From: the human T2T-CHM13v2.0 reference genome, Homo sapiens
Length of the DNA stretch: 64,000 nucleotides
Assembly (NCBI RefSeq): GCF_009914755.1
Contig: NC_060928.1
Reading direction: 5' to 3' (one strand)
Part shown: in pieces, positions 28,831 through 43,667 of the stretch
How the letters are laid out: the number at the start of each line of letters is the position of its first letter
How positions within the stretch are numbered: the first letter of the stretch is position 1
Notes under the pieces: model-generated
What the model saw: the letters and a program-made list of their open reading frames with translations, nothing else
Database searches by the model: none
Told to the model about the DNA's origin: nothing
Made by a program: the position numbers and the translations under genes

Positions 28831-29845
28831 TTAAATCAATAATGCAGCATCTATTTCTGACATTAGTACTGATATACATAAGAATTTAGAATTTTTATGG
28901 TTTTATTGTTTTTAATTAATCACTAATTCTTAACAGAGTTCTGATATTATTGAATAACTTGTTTTGATTCATTTCACTATTGGCTCCAAAGATGACTTTG
29001 AATTACTTTTTTTTTCTAATAAGTAAATTTTATAAACATTTTCATGGCTAGATATAAAAACTTGGAATCTCAATTGGTTTTACTCAAAGTCTGCGGAAAT
29101 GGATTTATGGTTTTGGTATTAATTTTTGTCTTAGGCAACTTTCAAGTCTATTATTTTTAGTCACCAAGCTGTTTTTGGTTTTGTTTTGTTCTAGTGTTTG
29201 TTTTCGATATTTGTATATGAATAGTTGTGGCTTTTTTTTCTCTCTGAAAGCGCAGTCACTTTACTAAGGTGTGGGTCTCTTTTAATCAATAGAGTGTGGT
29301 ACAGAGGTGATCAGAACGAATGGATCAGGAGAAGGCTTCATGAGTTTGACTGAATCTAGGCTTTAACTGTCGTCTTACACTTTAATTTCTGCCTGGGCAA
29401 AAATGCTGATATTAACACTCATCCTTTAATCAGGTTCAACAGGGTTAATAAGTTGAGAACATTAAATGAGTTTATAGACATATAACACTTTGGAAGTTAA
29501 TAATTACTATTAGTTTAATGTCAGTTATCATCATCATCATCAATTTAATCTAGTATAATGAAAACTTTCATTAAAAAAGAAAATTTTCTTCAACCATTTT
29601 CCTATAATTTCTTCAATATTGATTACTTCCATTTTTCATCCTGGGATTCCTCTAATAACATTATTAAAAATTGCTAATATTTCACCCATAATATTTTCCC
29701 TTATTATACAATGTATCTATCATTTATTTTTAAGTATATGGGAACTTTTCAAGATTCTTTATTACTTTGACACTAGTGTTATTTTTTCTAATAACCTAAT
29801 CTATAATGTGCTGCTTATATTCTAAAAGTAGAAATTTGTGACATA

Positions 29846-29915
29846 GCACTCCAGCCTGGGCGACAGAGTGAGACCCTGTCTCAAAAAAGTAAATACAATA
29901 AAAATAAATAAATCA
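29846..29915 (+). mobile_element. Alu 3'-terminal fragment with A-rich tail
   Basis: GCACTCCAGCCTGGGCGACAGAGTGAGACCCTGTCTCAAAAAA. Confidence 0.85.
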
Positions 29916-30367
29916 ATAATATTCAGAAATAGTTTACATTTAACAAAATCAAGTCCACACATATTTATTGAGCTGGTTCTACCTGCAACAAATTATACTA
30001 GAAGCCATGATCCTGTTTTGATCTCAGAGTTTTCTCTCTTTGTTTCTTCCACTTTTATTTTCCAAACATACTCTTGGTGTTTCTTAAGAATAAAATTTGT
30101 GAAAATGAAATTAGGACAGAAGTTATTATGTTGGCTAAACATGTTAACATTAATAAAATGCTTAGAAGAGCATTCAGCACATAGTGAATGTTTTGAAAGT
30201 AATATTAAGTTTAGTAAATGAAAAAATACAAATAACAAAAGTATGCATTTCTATGCATTTTCTTAACTCTTATTAAAATTGTCATAGGAAGACATGTTTT
30301 GTTTCTTTATATTGTGCTCTTCCTTTTGAACAGTAAATTTTTCTTTGTGTTATGTAATTTTCTCTAT

Positions 30368-30685
30368 ATTTTATTATTATTATTATTATTGTTATTATTA
30401 TTGAGGCAAGGTCTTGCTCTGTTGCCCAGGCTACAGTGAAGTGGCACGATCACAGTTCACTGCAGCCTTGAACTCCTTGGCTCAAGTGATCCTCCTACCT
30501 CAGTATCCCGAGCAGTTGGGACTTCAGGTGCACATCACCATGTCTGGCTAATTTTTTTAATTTTTGTAGAAATGAGAGTCTTACTATGTTGCCCAGGTTG
30601 ATCTCAAATCCCCGGGCTCAAGTGATCCCCCTGGCTTGGCTTCCCAAAGTGCTAGCGTTACAGGCATGAACCACCATGCCCAGCC
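30368..30685 (-). mobile_element. AluJ with (TTA)n tail
   Basis: Antisense dimer with J-type CACAGTTCACTGCAGCCTTGAACTCC..GGCTCAAGTGATCCTCC; ends CATGCCCAGCC. Confidence 0.92.
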
Positions 30686-33600
30686 TATTTAATTTTTAAC
30701 AGGAAGATGAATTAACTTTGGCTACATTATAGGAAAACCTCATCTCTTCAAGTCCCCATGTAGGTGAACATTTAGGTTTCCGGCAGTCCATTTGATCGGG
30801 AGAGATTTTGCAATAAGCAAGATATTGAGAGAACCAAGAAAGAGAGGTTGGGTAAGATTCCTTTTTTGTGGAAGCAGCTGGATTCTAACTGGAGCCAGCT
30901 GTTCATCAGCTGGAATAAATGCACTAATTGAACACCAGCGATGCCAGGTCAAAGTCACTTTGCCTGGCCCAGATTCTAGCTTTAAGCTGCAGCCTGGAGG
31001 AATCACCACATCAGGCTCTCTGTTCAGCATGGCCTCCCACACCTCCTGGGCTTCACAGAAGCATTAATGGAAGGGCTGCTCTGGTCCCTACCTGATCCAA
31101 TCTTGTCTTTTACCTTTCTAATTATGAGAGCTCCATTATCAAGTTACAGGTGATTTTTGGCAAGTCATGTGTCATATTGGTCCTTTCTTCTATCTGGCCT
31201 TATCTATGCTTCTCTGCCAGAAATTTCTTTGGATACTTGGCATGTATGTATACATTTTCTATAACTTTTTCTAAACTTATACATTTTCTAAACTTTTTCT
31301 AGTTTCCAGTGCTATTCTTTTACCTGCATTATGGCCACTTGCTTATTTGAAGATTAATTGGCTTATGGGCAACTTAAGAACATATTCTCCCATCTCACAC
31401 CATAAGTTTGATTCTTAGCAGTATCAAAATTACATCTTGATGGAATGTCATTGTTCCTTCCCATGCTTACAAATAATAATTTCTTCCTGCCTGCAAATAG
31501 AACAAACTCTTGAGGAATGACAGGAATTTAAGACAAAACTTTTCCCCTAAGACAACCTTCTATAAATTGTTGTCCCATAGATTTTGCTGCATGTATTTCA
31601 TGTCAATGTCATGTGTTCCTTTGAATCGTGAAAGAATAATTCAGTGTATTTTAAATGAAAGCAAGGCTTGGAGTGAAGTATCTTAATTATAAGTGTTATG
31701 AGTCCACTGTTTGAGAGGGCTTTCCCCCAGAGATTACAAATAGAATGAAGCACCTCCAATTAAATATCAGATTGACAAGAATTTTTCACCATGCTCACTG
31801 ACAACACTCAGATAACTCATTCAGAATTAGAGATTCAAGTACTCTTAATGACAGCAGGACTCTACTTTCTACTCATCTGGCATTTCTTTCTCTGTGTACA
31901 AAAATACTGGAACTCTTATTCTACTGAAGTGTGTTTGTGTGTGTTTCTCTCTGTGTGTGTGTATAGTAAAAAGTATCAAAAAAGAAAAAAATATGTTGCT
32001 GTTTATTTTTATCTGCATCCAAAGAGATTTTAAGAATTTCTTTCTGAACATATTATCCACAACTACATAGCTCAAAACCAAATTAAGGACTATCTTAATA
32101 ATAATGGCTTAGTGTTTAAGTGCAAGGAATTTATATAAAAATATACATTGCATATATGTGAAATAACATAAGGCAGATATTTTTTACAAATTATATGTAC
32201 ATATACATACTCTCTGGAATTAGGATAGTATGATTTATAATAAAAAGAGAAAGACCAAATAAACCAATACAGAAACTTCCAAGAGAGCATCATTTCATCA
32301 ATAACTTTACATAGTTTTACCTTCCCGAAATTATGAAAGTTTAGTCTTAAAAATAAACAGATTAATTGCCTGTCTACTATTTAGCAAAGATGAATACTCA
32401 GAACAAATAGAAAAAAATGTTGACAGCTGGGATAATGTGCCTTAATGGTTCATTGACAGGCAGACTGGTTTGGAGCATCTGCATATTTATTTCTGCTTCT
32501 GTGGTAGTCCAGCTATAAGTGTTACCACATTTGATAATGCCTTCAGTTAGATCCGCACCCTTAATGGATATCAGGATATCATTATTTTTTACAACCACCC
32601 TCCCATAGGTTTCATTCAAAGTAGGCAATAATAAACATATATGAGTGATACAATTAACATTCCACAATTTTCTGTTCCATTTTCCTGTGGGAATGACAAA
32701 TATTGATAGGTGAAAGCAAACGTGTGGCTATGTACTGACTCAGTGTATCTCAGTTTGCTTCCCCAGTGATTTTGCGAATTAATCCTTTATTACCCTTTTA
32801 CATTAAAATGTACAATAATCCGACACATTTTCCATGAAAGAAGTAGGTCATGTGTATTAATGGACCCCGAAAGATGCATTCCTACTTATTTTTCTTTACC
32901 TTGTGATTGAGTTCTGCCTTCTTAGTCAGCTTTCCCTTTAATGCTATGGAAACACTTAAGGTTCTCCATGAAGTAAGAAGAAAGCTGAATTAAAATTCAT
33001 TTTTTCCTCAGGGCCTCAAATGATAAAGGTGGCTTCAGAAATTTGAGACATGCTGAGATTTAGCTGAAAGCAAGAAGAGACTTAAATCATTCCCCTAACA
33101 GAAAAGCCTGCAGGCAAGTAAGGTGGACCAATTAAAGCATTCCAAGTCATTCCCAATGGTTGTTTAAGTCAGATGTTAATTATCACTAGACTCAGTAGGG
33201 ACTGAGCATTCTTTCTGTGTATCAGGACCTACCTGGTCCTTAATTTGGCTTTGTCAAAATAACCTTTGTCTGTGAGGAAAGTCTTCTTTAACTTGTCAGA
33301 CTGATTAAGCTCTGCTATACAACAATGTTGAACTAATTTTATTTTGAAGCCCTTTGATATCCACACTAAATTTCTGTCCAGAATACATCTGCCAGTTAAA
33401 TAGTTTAAACTGAATCCCCACAGATAATCTTGAGCCATTTGGAATTTTTTTATTATGTAGAGCCAATATTATTATGATATTGATAATCATAAGACAATAG
33501 AACAGGAAATAACTTTATGGCTATATTTTTGTTAAAATAATAATTAGAAAAGGTAAACAATGATGCTATCTTTTTATACATGACAAATATCATGGCTCTA

Positions 33601-33834
33601 GTTTATTTCTTGGAGAAGAACAATTATATAATTGTTGGGTAGTATCTTTGACTGTCAGCCCTGAACTAAGATCTTGTTAGAGTATAATAAATATGTAGAA
33701 TCTGTTACTTTCTTTTGAGTCCTGACATTCTCACCAGTCCATTTAAACAAACCAAAGTGTATGTTCCATAATGTATCTATTTCTCACTTATAATTATTTT
33801 GTGACAAAAAATTCTAATCGTACTGATACTTTGA

Positions 33835-34098
33835 AGCAGAAGTTGGTGCTATAGCTGAAAAGGCATAAGTTTTAAAGATAAATAAAACTGAATTTATGTC
33901 CCGACCCTTTGTCTTACCCGTATGTGGCCCTGGGCAAATGACTTACATGAGTCTCAAACTCCTCAACCTTAAAATGTGGATAATGACTCCAACTGTGAAG
34001 AATTTGTTGAAAGTATCAGAATTTAACTCATGTGATGTGGTGAACACAGTGCCTGGCAAAAACTGGAAGCATGTTAAGATGTCTTACTGTTATTATTA
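33835..34098 (+). mobile_element. MIR (near full length)
   Basis: TGTGGCCCTGGGCAAATGACTTA, TAAAATGTGGATAATG, AACACAGTGCCTGGCA, TTATTATT end. Confidence 0.8.
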
Positions 34099-34282
34099 GA
34101 ATTTTCATTCTGTTAGGGCATTTCAAATTATCTGTTCATTGCCACATTAAGAATTCTATATAGCTATGGAAATTTATTATTATCCTGTTGTAATATTTTA
34201 TATTTGGAAACTTAACAAAGAATAATACTGCCTGGATGTTTTGAAATGTTGCAGCTTCAGAGTTGCCTGGAAAATTGTGTTT

Positions 34283-34286
<4 letters not shown>

Positions 34287-34316
<30 letters not shown>
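34287..34316. repeat. Poly(T), 30 nt
   Basis: Homopolymer with no adjacent Alu or L1 body recognised. Confidence 0.9.
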
Positions 34317-34322
<6 letters not shown>

Positions 34323-35759
34323 CCATCCATGCCGAAGAGTGTAATTTAATTGTAAGCACATGGTGTACGTGGGCACATAGAGTACTGTCTCATTTGTGTC
34401 TTTCTGTCTGCCAAATAATATAGAACCTACTAAAATAAGTGAAATGGAGAATGAGCCAATTTTCTGAGAAGCTATAGGAAGGACACATGTGACACACTGG
34501 GAGAATGCAAGGCCAGAAATAAACAGTAGTAGAGCATAATCTCTTGCTGAGAGTGACATTTCCAAGTTTGGACTAAATTTCATCAGTTCCCTAAGATGCA
34601 AGCCAGGAAGCTATTGGGACATAACTCTGTATATGGCCTAGAGTTTCTCTCAACTTTCAGCTATGCAATTTCAGTTTCCTTCAAAACAAAAGTTTCAGTT
34701 TTTTAGAAAATTAGGGTGAGTAAAAACTGTGTGAGCAATAGGAAATCTGAACAATAATACTGGTGGGTTTCAAAAGTTTCACTAGACTGTGAAGTTAGTA
34801 GAGACAGAAGAAGGTGAGGTCAACAAAACAAGTATCCTCACCTGCCAGGTAATTCAGCGAGCAACTTTGACACAAGTTAAAATTAAAGGCTTTTATACTT
34901 AAAGGAAAACAGTCATGTTATGTTTAGGGATAGATACTTTCTACAAAAAGATAACAATAGCTATATGGTAGGACCACTTTCCATCAAAAGAGCTAAACCC
35001 AGATCATCATCATATGCAAGTAAAACGCTGGTTACCAAAAAGTTTTTGTTAATTTTTATAACCCACTAGAAGATTATAGAAACATTGAATGATTCCTGAC
35101 AGTAATTGTAATTACTTGTGCTGTGTATAATGTTGTTCTGAGAACTTCAATTGCTTAAAATTGATAAGAGGTCCACCCTAGCATTTTATAGCCAATTATG
35201 TGTCTCTTTCATTTGTCACACCAGATTAGATTTCTGGCGCATCTAGTTAGGCAGATTGCCTCTGCCAGTGGCCAATGTAAGCAATGTTTCAATGTGAGGA
35301 AAAGAGAATGTAATGATAGAAGAAGTGAAATAAGTGAGCAGGACTCACTGGGTATGCTTTCCATCAATAATAGCATGCAATCATTTATCTAGGGACTATT
35401 TACATATATAATACAAACATATAGTCTGATACAACACTTAATGGAAAAACTGACACATTTTGACATAAAATTATGTCAGAACATCTTTAAGGACATTTGT
35501 TTCTACCACTTTGAAAATTAGTTAAAAAGCATTGTCATATCTATAGTTTCAATGAAAAAATATATACTCAATTGCCTCAAACAATAAAGTCATATTGGTT
35601 CTTATGATTGAAATGTTTAGAGTTAAGACAGTACCTAGGCATTGATGTTTATTGGGACTCTAGCTCTATTCCATCACCACCATTCCGGTGTCAGTTCTGT
35701 CTTTAGGATAGCTTTCCTCATGCTAGCTTTAAGGATCCCTTGAATTCCTGTGGGCACAC

Positions 35760-36383
<624 letters not shown>

Positions 36384-36936
36384 ATTTTTTTTCGCACAAA
36401 AGGGGATATAAAGCATCCTGTTCTACCATCAGAAAACAAAAGACTCATTTCACTCTAATTTGATAATTTTAGCACACGTGTTAGAAAAGAAGTTCTATTT
36501 ATTCAATTTCTCATATATTTTATGAGGCTTTTGCAAGACTAGCATCCCAAGCCATTCTTTGGCATCTTCTATTCTCATTCCGATGAAGGAGGATTGTCCT
36601 ATTTAATTAGAGGAGATCTTAAGGTCTTCCATTCATTAGCAAACTCTCCTTGAGAAAATAGGAGTTCTTTCCTGTATTCTTGTAACACCCTGTGCTTACA
36701 TTATCACAGGAAATATGACAGTCTACTTTGGATTTTTCTCCCTTTATTGGGTTTAAGCTTCTCTAAGGCAAAGGTAAGACATTTTTGATCATATGTATAG
36801 TCTGTTGTATGGCACCAAATTCATAGTAGTCAATATAAGGTTGGTGATTAATACCCTAAACTACAATATAATTAAGTAGAATCATGCCATGCTTTAGAAA
36901 TCCCTACATGAATTCATGTTGTATTTCTATGTGAAG

Positions 36937-37071
36937 AGATAAATAATAATCCTAATTGTGTCATAAATATTAAGCATTAGATTTTGATTAGATGCTGTTG
37001 AGTTGAGGAATAAGAATGGGGGCAGGAGAGCGACAAGCTTTCTGCAAAGGAAAATAATATCTTAACTATAA
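36937..37071 (+). repeat. Local dispersed duplication, copy 1 (copy 2 at 37903-38038), flanked by 25-bp direct repeats
   Basis: About 135 bp with ~12 differences by manual alignment; CTACATGAATTCATGTTGTATTTCT at 36904-36928 and 37072-37096. Confidence 0.9.
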
Positions 37072-37902
37072 CTACATGAATTCATGTTGTATTTCTTGTA
37101 CTATTTCTTCATGTTAACTTTCTTCAGCTTCAACTTGCTATGTGTTACTCTCTTCTCTCAAGGAGAAGGGGCTATAGTGTGAAAACCCAATCCTTACTCA
37201 ATCAAACTTTTGAAAAGATACTCACTTAACAACTGATGAATTGGTGCTCTAGGTTGAAGAAAAAACCAGATATTCTCATATAGGATGAAAATGTCTAGGT
37301 CTTGTGGACAAAGGTACTATTCAAGTTCCTGCATAATTTTCTAATGAGAATACATGATGAACCATTGCATCTATCTATGTTTCAGCTATCTATCAATATT
37401 CTGGGTAATTCATTTATACTTCATTTAGGGACCATCCATTAAAAATGTTTAATTATTAATCCCACTTGAGGATTTCAAGTGGAAGTAGAATTAATTCTGG
37501 AAAGAAGAGTATAGAATCAATGAAGGAGAATGAACTCACAATGAGGAAGAAGCTTGCAAAAACTTTTTGCTTGGGTAACAGACTTAACCTGAGATTATCT
37601 AAATTTGGGATTTTGCTCTAGCAATAAAGACAATCTTTTAGATTATACCATCTTCTATAGGAAGCTTGTGCTATAGTTTTCTCACAGCATTGAAGGAGAG
37701 TAAAAGAGTTTGTTGCTCTTTCCACCAGCCACCTTTGATTACCATCTCCAAAGCTGGTAGATTTATTTATTGAGCTCTTGCTTTTTGTCAGACATTGTAT
37801 AGTCTTCTATAATACAATAACTAATTCACTCAAAACTAAGACACACTCTGTTTATGGCCTCCAAACTATATGATTTCCTTTGAGAAAGGGAAGGTTAAAA
37901 AA

Positions 37903-38038
37903 AGATAAATAATAATCTTAATTGTGTCATAAATCTTAAGCATTAGATTTCTGATTAAACACTGTTGGGTTGAGGAATAAGAATGGGAGCAGGAGACCAA
38001 CAAGCTTTCTGCAAAGGAAGATGATATCTTAACTATAA
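37903..38038 (+). repeat. Local dispersed duplication, copy 2 (probable donor)
   Basis: AGATAAATAATAATC...TATCTTAACTATAA matches 36937-37071. Confidence 0.9.
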
Positions 38039-40102
38039 AACTGGAATATTGATACTTTAGCTTTGAGTCCAGTATTTTAGCTATAACAACACAACTCTGT
38101 TGCAAATAGCCACTGTAGCATATTAATAAGTTAATTTTTTGAGTATGACAATGTTGAAAGTCTACCTGACTCATTTCCATCACTAGATCTATGATTTGGT
38201 GGGCAGCAAGTGTGAGTGTCAGCCTGCAGCAAAAAGTAGCTGGAGTTTCTGTACCAGGGGAGGAGGTAGCCTTTGCAGTATCCTGGAGTCTCATAATGAA
38301 GAGTAATAAGTCACCATTCATACATTGATGGCATTTGTTGCCTAATGAATGTTCAATATTCACATAGCTGAATGGCATACCTCAGTTGATTTGTGTATGT
38401 GTAGATTTTTAAATTGAAGTTTTGGTCACAATGTCTTCAGCACAATGAGTCTAGCTCATGTTCACTGAGAGCACGGTTTTTATAGAAGAGAAATAATACA
38501 GGACACTTTGCAAAAATCTTAGGTAGCTTAAGAACAATAAATTTAAGTGAGTGTTTTTGTATTTAGAAAAAGGGATATAATCAGGCCTTTTGTTTTATGA
38601 AGTTTTAAAAGAAAAAGCTGCCAAATATTTAGAGATGGATACTTGGGAGTAGAAAAGAGTTCAGTAGTTCTGGGTATGTGAGGTGATAAACTCTAGAACG
38701 AGTTCCACTAGAAAATTTCTGCATGTGAACATAAAATAATTCATAAAATATAAATCAGCACTACTCATTTACATATATCTGAAGTATGACACCATATATT
38801 AACAGGTAGAAGCAATAGATAATAATGAGCTGATCCTATTATTCTTACCATTTAGTTTAAATGTGGAAACAGAACATTTTGGACAATAAATTTTTCACAT
38901 AGCCTTTGGAAAATTCAAGGAGCAAATATTGGACTTCCTGATAGTATGGCCAAAGGTAGTTGTATCAATTAATGGAAAAAAAAAAACGTAAAAATTTAGT
39001 ATTCTGCTTTAGTGGGATATTTTATTCTTGTAATTAAGGTATTTGCCTATAAGTAGTTACCTGAAAATTAGTATTCTATAGTCCCTTTGTTAGTTGAGTG
39101 AAGTCCTTCAGAATTCCCATAACATCGTGTCTATCACTTTATTATAGCTCTTCTCAGATCATATTAGAACAGTCTGTCTGTGAGCATTTGAGGGTGAGGT
39201 TTCTTTCTTATTTGCACAGGAATCCTCAGTACCTATTGTGGCTATTAGCAAGCAGTAAGAACTGAATCATTTTTTCTTAAGTAACCAGATTTCTAAAAGT
39301 CTATGGTCAAGTGAAGACCCTCAGCAAACTACCAGTCTGTTAAAAACTTATGTAACTGCAACTGAAAAATGAGAAAAACAGTACATAGTTATTTTATCTT
39401 GCTTTCTTTCAATACAGTGGGAACTCTAATCCTTATGTATGCAGAAGAAATATCTCAACAAAGTACCAAAATTAGGCTGAGTAGAAAGGAAGGAAAATGT
39501 ACATATTAAGTTCTTTTTTTTTTTTTTCAAAGCAACTGTGCTAATTTAATTTAGATTTTGAGACATCTGGACACTATATGAGGCAGGCATAAAATTTTGT
39601 CTGGGAGTAACCAGCAAGAAAATGTTTTACTATCTGTATATTTCAAATGTAATTTTCAGCTGGTAATTCTACCCAGGTCTGTTATTTACACTACCCAGAT
39701 GAGTTAGCAGGTTTATTCCTAGATGTGACTAGTTAATCTCCCACCTTCCCCCTCCATAGCCATGTCTCTGGATTGAATCTTTTTATGCCGTCCTGTTATT
39801 CAACAGTTGGAGGCTCTTTGTATGCCTGAGTGACTGCATTCCTTCAGAAACTGGTGGTCAGGATACAGCAGTTACAGTAACTGAAGGGGCTGCTCTGTCT
39901 TTGGACTTTACAAATTCTGGATGAGTCTAACTCACAGTGGTTTGAGGCAGGTAATAGTTGGTTTCCACTTTATTCTGCATATGTAAACCTGCACACAGTC
40001 CCTGTGTCTGCTGCACTAAGAGTTGGTGTGTGTCCATGCTAAGCAACTGGTTTTCCTAGTTGCAATCAGGATTGCCTTTTGGAATCACATGTCAGGTAGA
40101 AA

Positions 40103-40947
40103 TGTCGATGCAAAGAGTCAAACTCTGTGAAATATTCACAGAGACTTATTCCAAGCCAAATATGAGTGACAATGTCCTGTGACACAGTCCCAACATGTGC
40201 CCAGGATGGTCAGTCTACAGTTTGGTTTTATACATTTTAGCGAGATATAAGTCATCAATCAATACATGTAAGATGGTATATTGGTTTGGTACAGAAAGGT
40301 GCAACAACTCAAAGTGGGGGCTTCCAAGTCATAGGTGGATTCAGAGATTTTCTGATTGACAATTGCTTGAAAGAGTTATTATCTAAAGACTTGGAAGCAA
40401 TAGAAAGGAATTTCCAGATTAAGATAAGGGGTTGTGGAGACCCCTTTATCATGCAGATAAAACCTCCAGATGGCAGGCTTCAGAGCTCTTATCAAACCTA
40501 AAAAGATGCCAGACTCAGTTAATTCTCTCTTGGATCAGGAAAAAGACCTTGAAAGGAAAGGGGATTCTCTAAAAAAAAAAAAAAAAAAGGTATATTCTCC
40601 ACTCTTTACAGGGTCATTTCAAAATATGTCAAAGAAATATATTTTTGGGTAAAATAATTTCTTCCAGTGCCTGCTATCTGTCATGTGATATTACACTAGA
40701 GTCAGGCTAGAATTTGGTGTCTTATTGCTACACAAAGTCTATTTTGTCAGTCTGAAGATCTGCTTTAATGTTAAGGCTAGTTAGCTGTGCTTGAATTCCA
40801 AAGAGAGGAGGGTATAATGAGGCATGTCCAACCCTATCTTTCCATCATGGTCTGAACTAGATTTTCAGGTTTACTTTGGAATGCCCTTGGCACAGAGGGG
40901 GTACTTTCAGTTGTTTGGGAGGCTTAGGATTTTATTTGGGGTTTACA
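40103..40947 (-). mobile_element. MER4-family solo LTR (ERV1 class)
   Basis: TG..AAAGAGTCAAACTCTGT, GCCAAATATGAGTGAC, GGTATAATGAGGCATGTCC, GGCTTAGGATTTTATTT..TTTACA; 4-bp flanks GAAA/GAAG. Confidence 0.88.
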
Positions 40948-41230
40948 GAAGTATGAAAAATGACTGAACAGATGCATGACTTGAGATATGAAAACTGGCC
41001 AGGAAGTATTTCTGTTGTTTTAGAGAAGACTCAAGAAAAGGTGGAGCTAAGACCATGGCATGGAAATGCAGACGAGAAGGCCATTATGAGAGAAAGAACC
41101 GAATATCTTAGTGAACAAAAGGAAAGGAAAAGTCCTAGGCCCAGGGTTTTAGAACAGCCAGAAATTAAGCCCTGATAGCAATTTTGTTGGCAAATCTGTA
41201 TGGGTTTTGGCCATATGAAGATGAATAGTT

Positions 41231-41740
<510 letters not shown>

Positions 41741-41820
41741 CATATACAAATGAAAAATGTTGTTCCATATAACTTTTATTTAGGGAGAATATTCATCACA
41801 TGAATTTTAGCAGGTAGTGT

Positions 41821-42020
41821 AGGAGTCACAACCTATGACCCTTGGGCCAAATGCAGCCTTCAGCCTGTTTGTAATAAAGTTTTTTAGGACATGTCCATTC
41901 CCGTTCTTTTATGTCTGCCTGCTTTCAAGCTACTGTAGCAGAACTGAGTGGTTATGCCCCGCAAAGCCTAAAATATCTACTACCTGCCTCTTTATAAGAT
42001 GAAAATAATTGTCAATGCCT
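41821..42020. mobile_element. MER58A
   Basis: GGGCCAAATGCAGCC..AATAAAGTTTT..GCAGAACTGAGTGGTT..CCCGCAAAGCCTAAAATATCTACTA. Confidence 0.75.
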
Positions 42021-43531
42021 GTTAGAACATCAACTCCCTCAAAGTTTCTTTCCTTGGCAAATTTTTTAATATCTTCTATACAATTCTTAAATTTTATATG
42101 GTTTTGCATACTTTTGTAATTAAAAAGAGTTGTATCAACAGGACTGTTCCATATTATCATCTTCAATTTACATTTCTAAACATTTTTAGTAGGCTACAGA
42201 CTAAGGTTTTTGGTGCTGTTATGGAATCTTAATTATTTGAATCAAATTGGTTACATATATTTAACTATTTAGGCCAATATTTTTTATTCATGTAAATCAG
42301 AAACCCAATACCTTTCCTGGGGAAAAGAGTGAATGATCAGCCTTTCTGATCTTTCTTTAAAGAAGACATATACTCTTTATATTAATATGCTTTAAACCTA
42401 AAATTTTTATATTTTCATATATAACAGGAAAATTGGCAGAGGGGGCACATACTCATATCATGAGACTTACAGTTTCCAAATTCTGACTTAGAATTACTTG
42501 ACATTCCTTCCCCTGTCTTCTCCCTTTCATTTTCTCTCTTTCTGTCCCAGCATTGGCAGGACAGTCTTTTCTGGGATCCACAAGGTTTTATCTCAGGGAG
42601 TGGCAGACGTAGAACTGGCAAGAATTGACTAACTGGGACGACTTTATTAAAATTCCCTAGTACAAATTGAGAGATCAGGGACAATATAACAACAAAGGAA
42701 GGGATGTTCCGTAATGTTGGACGGCAAAAATTGCCAGAGGTCCGGTTGTCCTGACATTAAGAATCTCAAAGTAAAGTTAATTGTCCTTTACTTCTCCTCA
42801 AAGTGTCCTGAAATTAGGAAACTGCTTCACTTTTCTTTGGAAAGTACCCTTTGCATCTGATCAAAGTTTCTCTTTTTTCCTAGACCAAACTAAAATTAGA
42901 ACAAAAACTCAACAATTTTTCTAACACATATGTACCCAAAAACTTACACTGTCCTTTCAGGTTTCCTCAAGGTTGTTTTATTTAGACAAAGAAGGAGGAA
43001 AAGAAAGAAAAACACATATCCTGGCTGATGACCATCAGTATTTGAACATTAAAACTTTTTCTCTCAAAGAAGCTTTTATTAACTCAACCATCATTACACT
43101 TGGTTCTTTCTCTCTTCCACAAAAAAGTTAAATGTTTTGAAATACACTAATAAGTCATCTCTCCTTTTTATCCTTAAGTTATTACTATCAGTTTTCTGCC
43201 CCCATAATTTCTCTGAGCCGGAAATATCCAGAATCATTGAACAAATTCACCCTAAATTACCTGAATATTTTCTTCCCTTTCTCTTTGCATACAAGTGCCA
43301 TTTTAGTAGCATTTGTTTCTTTTGCTCCCTTATTCCATCTTAAAGTATAATTTTACTTCTATAAAGCTACAAAACTATATTTCACACCACACAACTATCT
43401 TGCTTGCTAAATATATAGGTTGAATTGCCTATTTGACATGTACCCTTGAGTCATAGACATATCACACTCGATGTTTGATCATTTAAATGCATTATGTCTC
43501 AAACCTGCCTCTTTTCCAGTGATCCCTCTTT

Positions 43532-43667
43532 TGTTTTTACATTTTTTTGTAGAGATGAGGCCTCACTGTGTTACCCAGGCTTGTCTCAAACTATTGGCCT
43601 CAAATGATCTTGCTGCCTCAGTCTCCCAAAGTGCTGGGATTACTGGTGTGTGCCACCACTCCCAGCC
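43532..43667 (-). mobile_element. FLAM (free left Alu monomer) inserted in an L2 relic (~43100-44100)
   Basis: Single monomer; TSD TGATC(C/T)CTCTTT at 43520-43531 / 43668-43679. Confidence 0.85.

Noticed and set aside
31249-31301. Imperfect ~29-bp tandem duplication (similar ones at ~16699-16740, 21702-21719, 47410-47455)
   Set aside because: Ordinary slippage micro-duplications in AT-rich or L1 sequence.
36904-37096. Palindromic 25-bp direct repeats around a 'spacer', superficially CRISPR-like
   Set aside because: Only two repeats with a ~143-bp insert, in primate DNA with no cas genes; better explained as a repair-associated duplication.
37866-38378. 170-aa minus-strand ORF
   Set aside because: No recognisable domain or coding-like composition; overlaps the duplicated segment; compatible with chance.
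39640-40090. Unique, more GC-balanced segment that looks like a conserved element or exon
   Set aside because: No ORF, motif cluster or repeat identity that I can support without conservation data.
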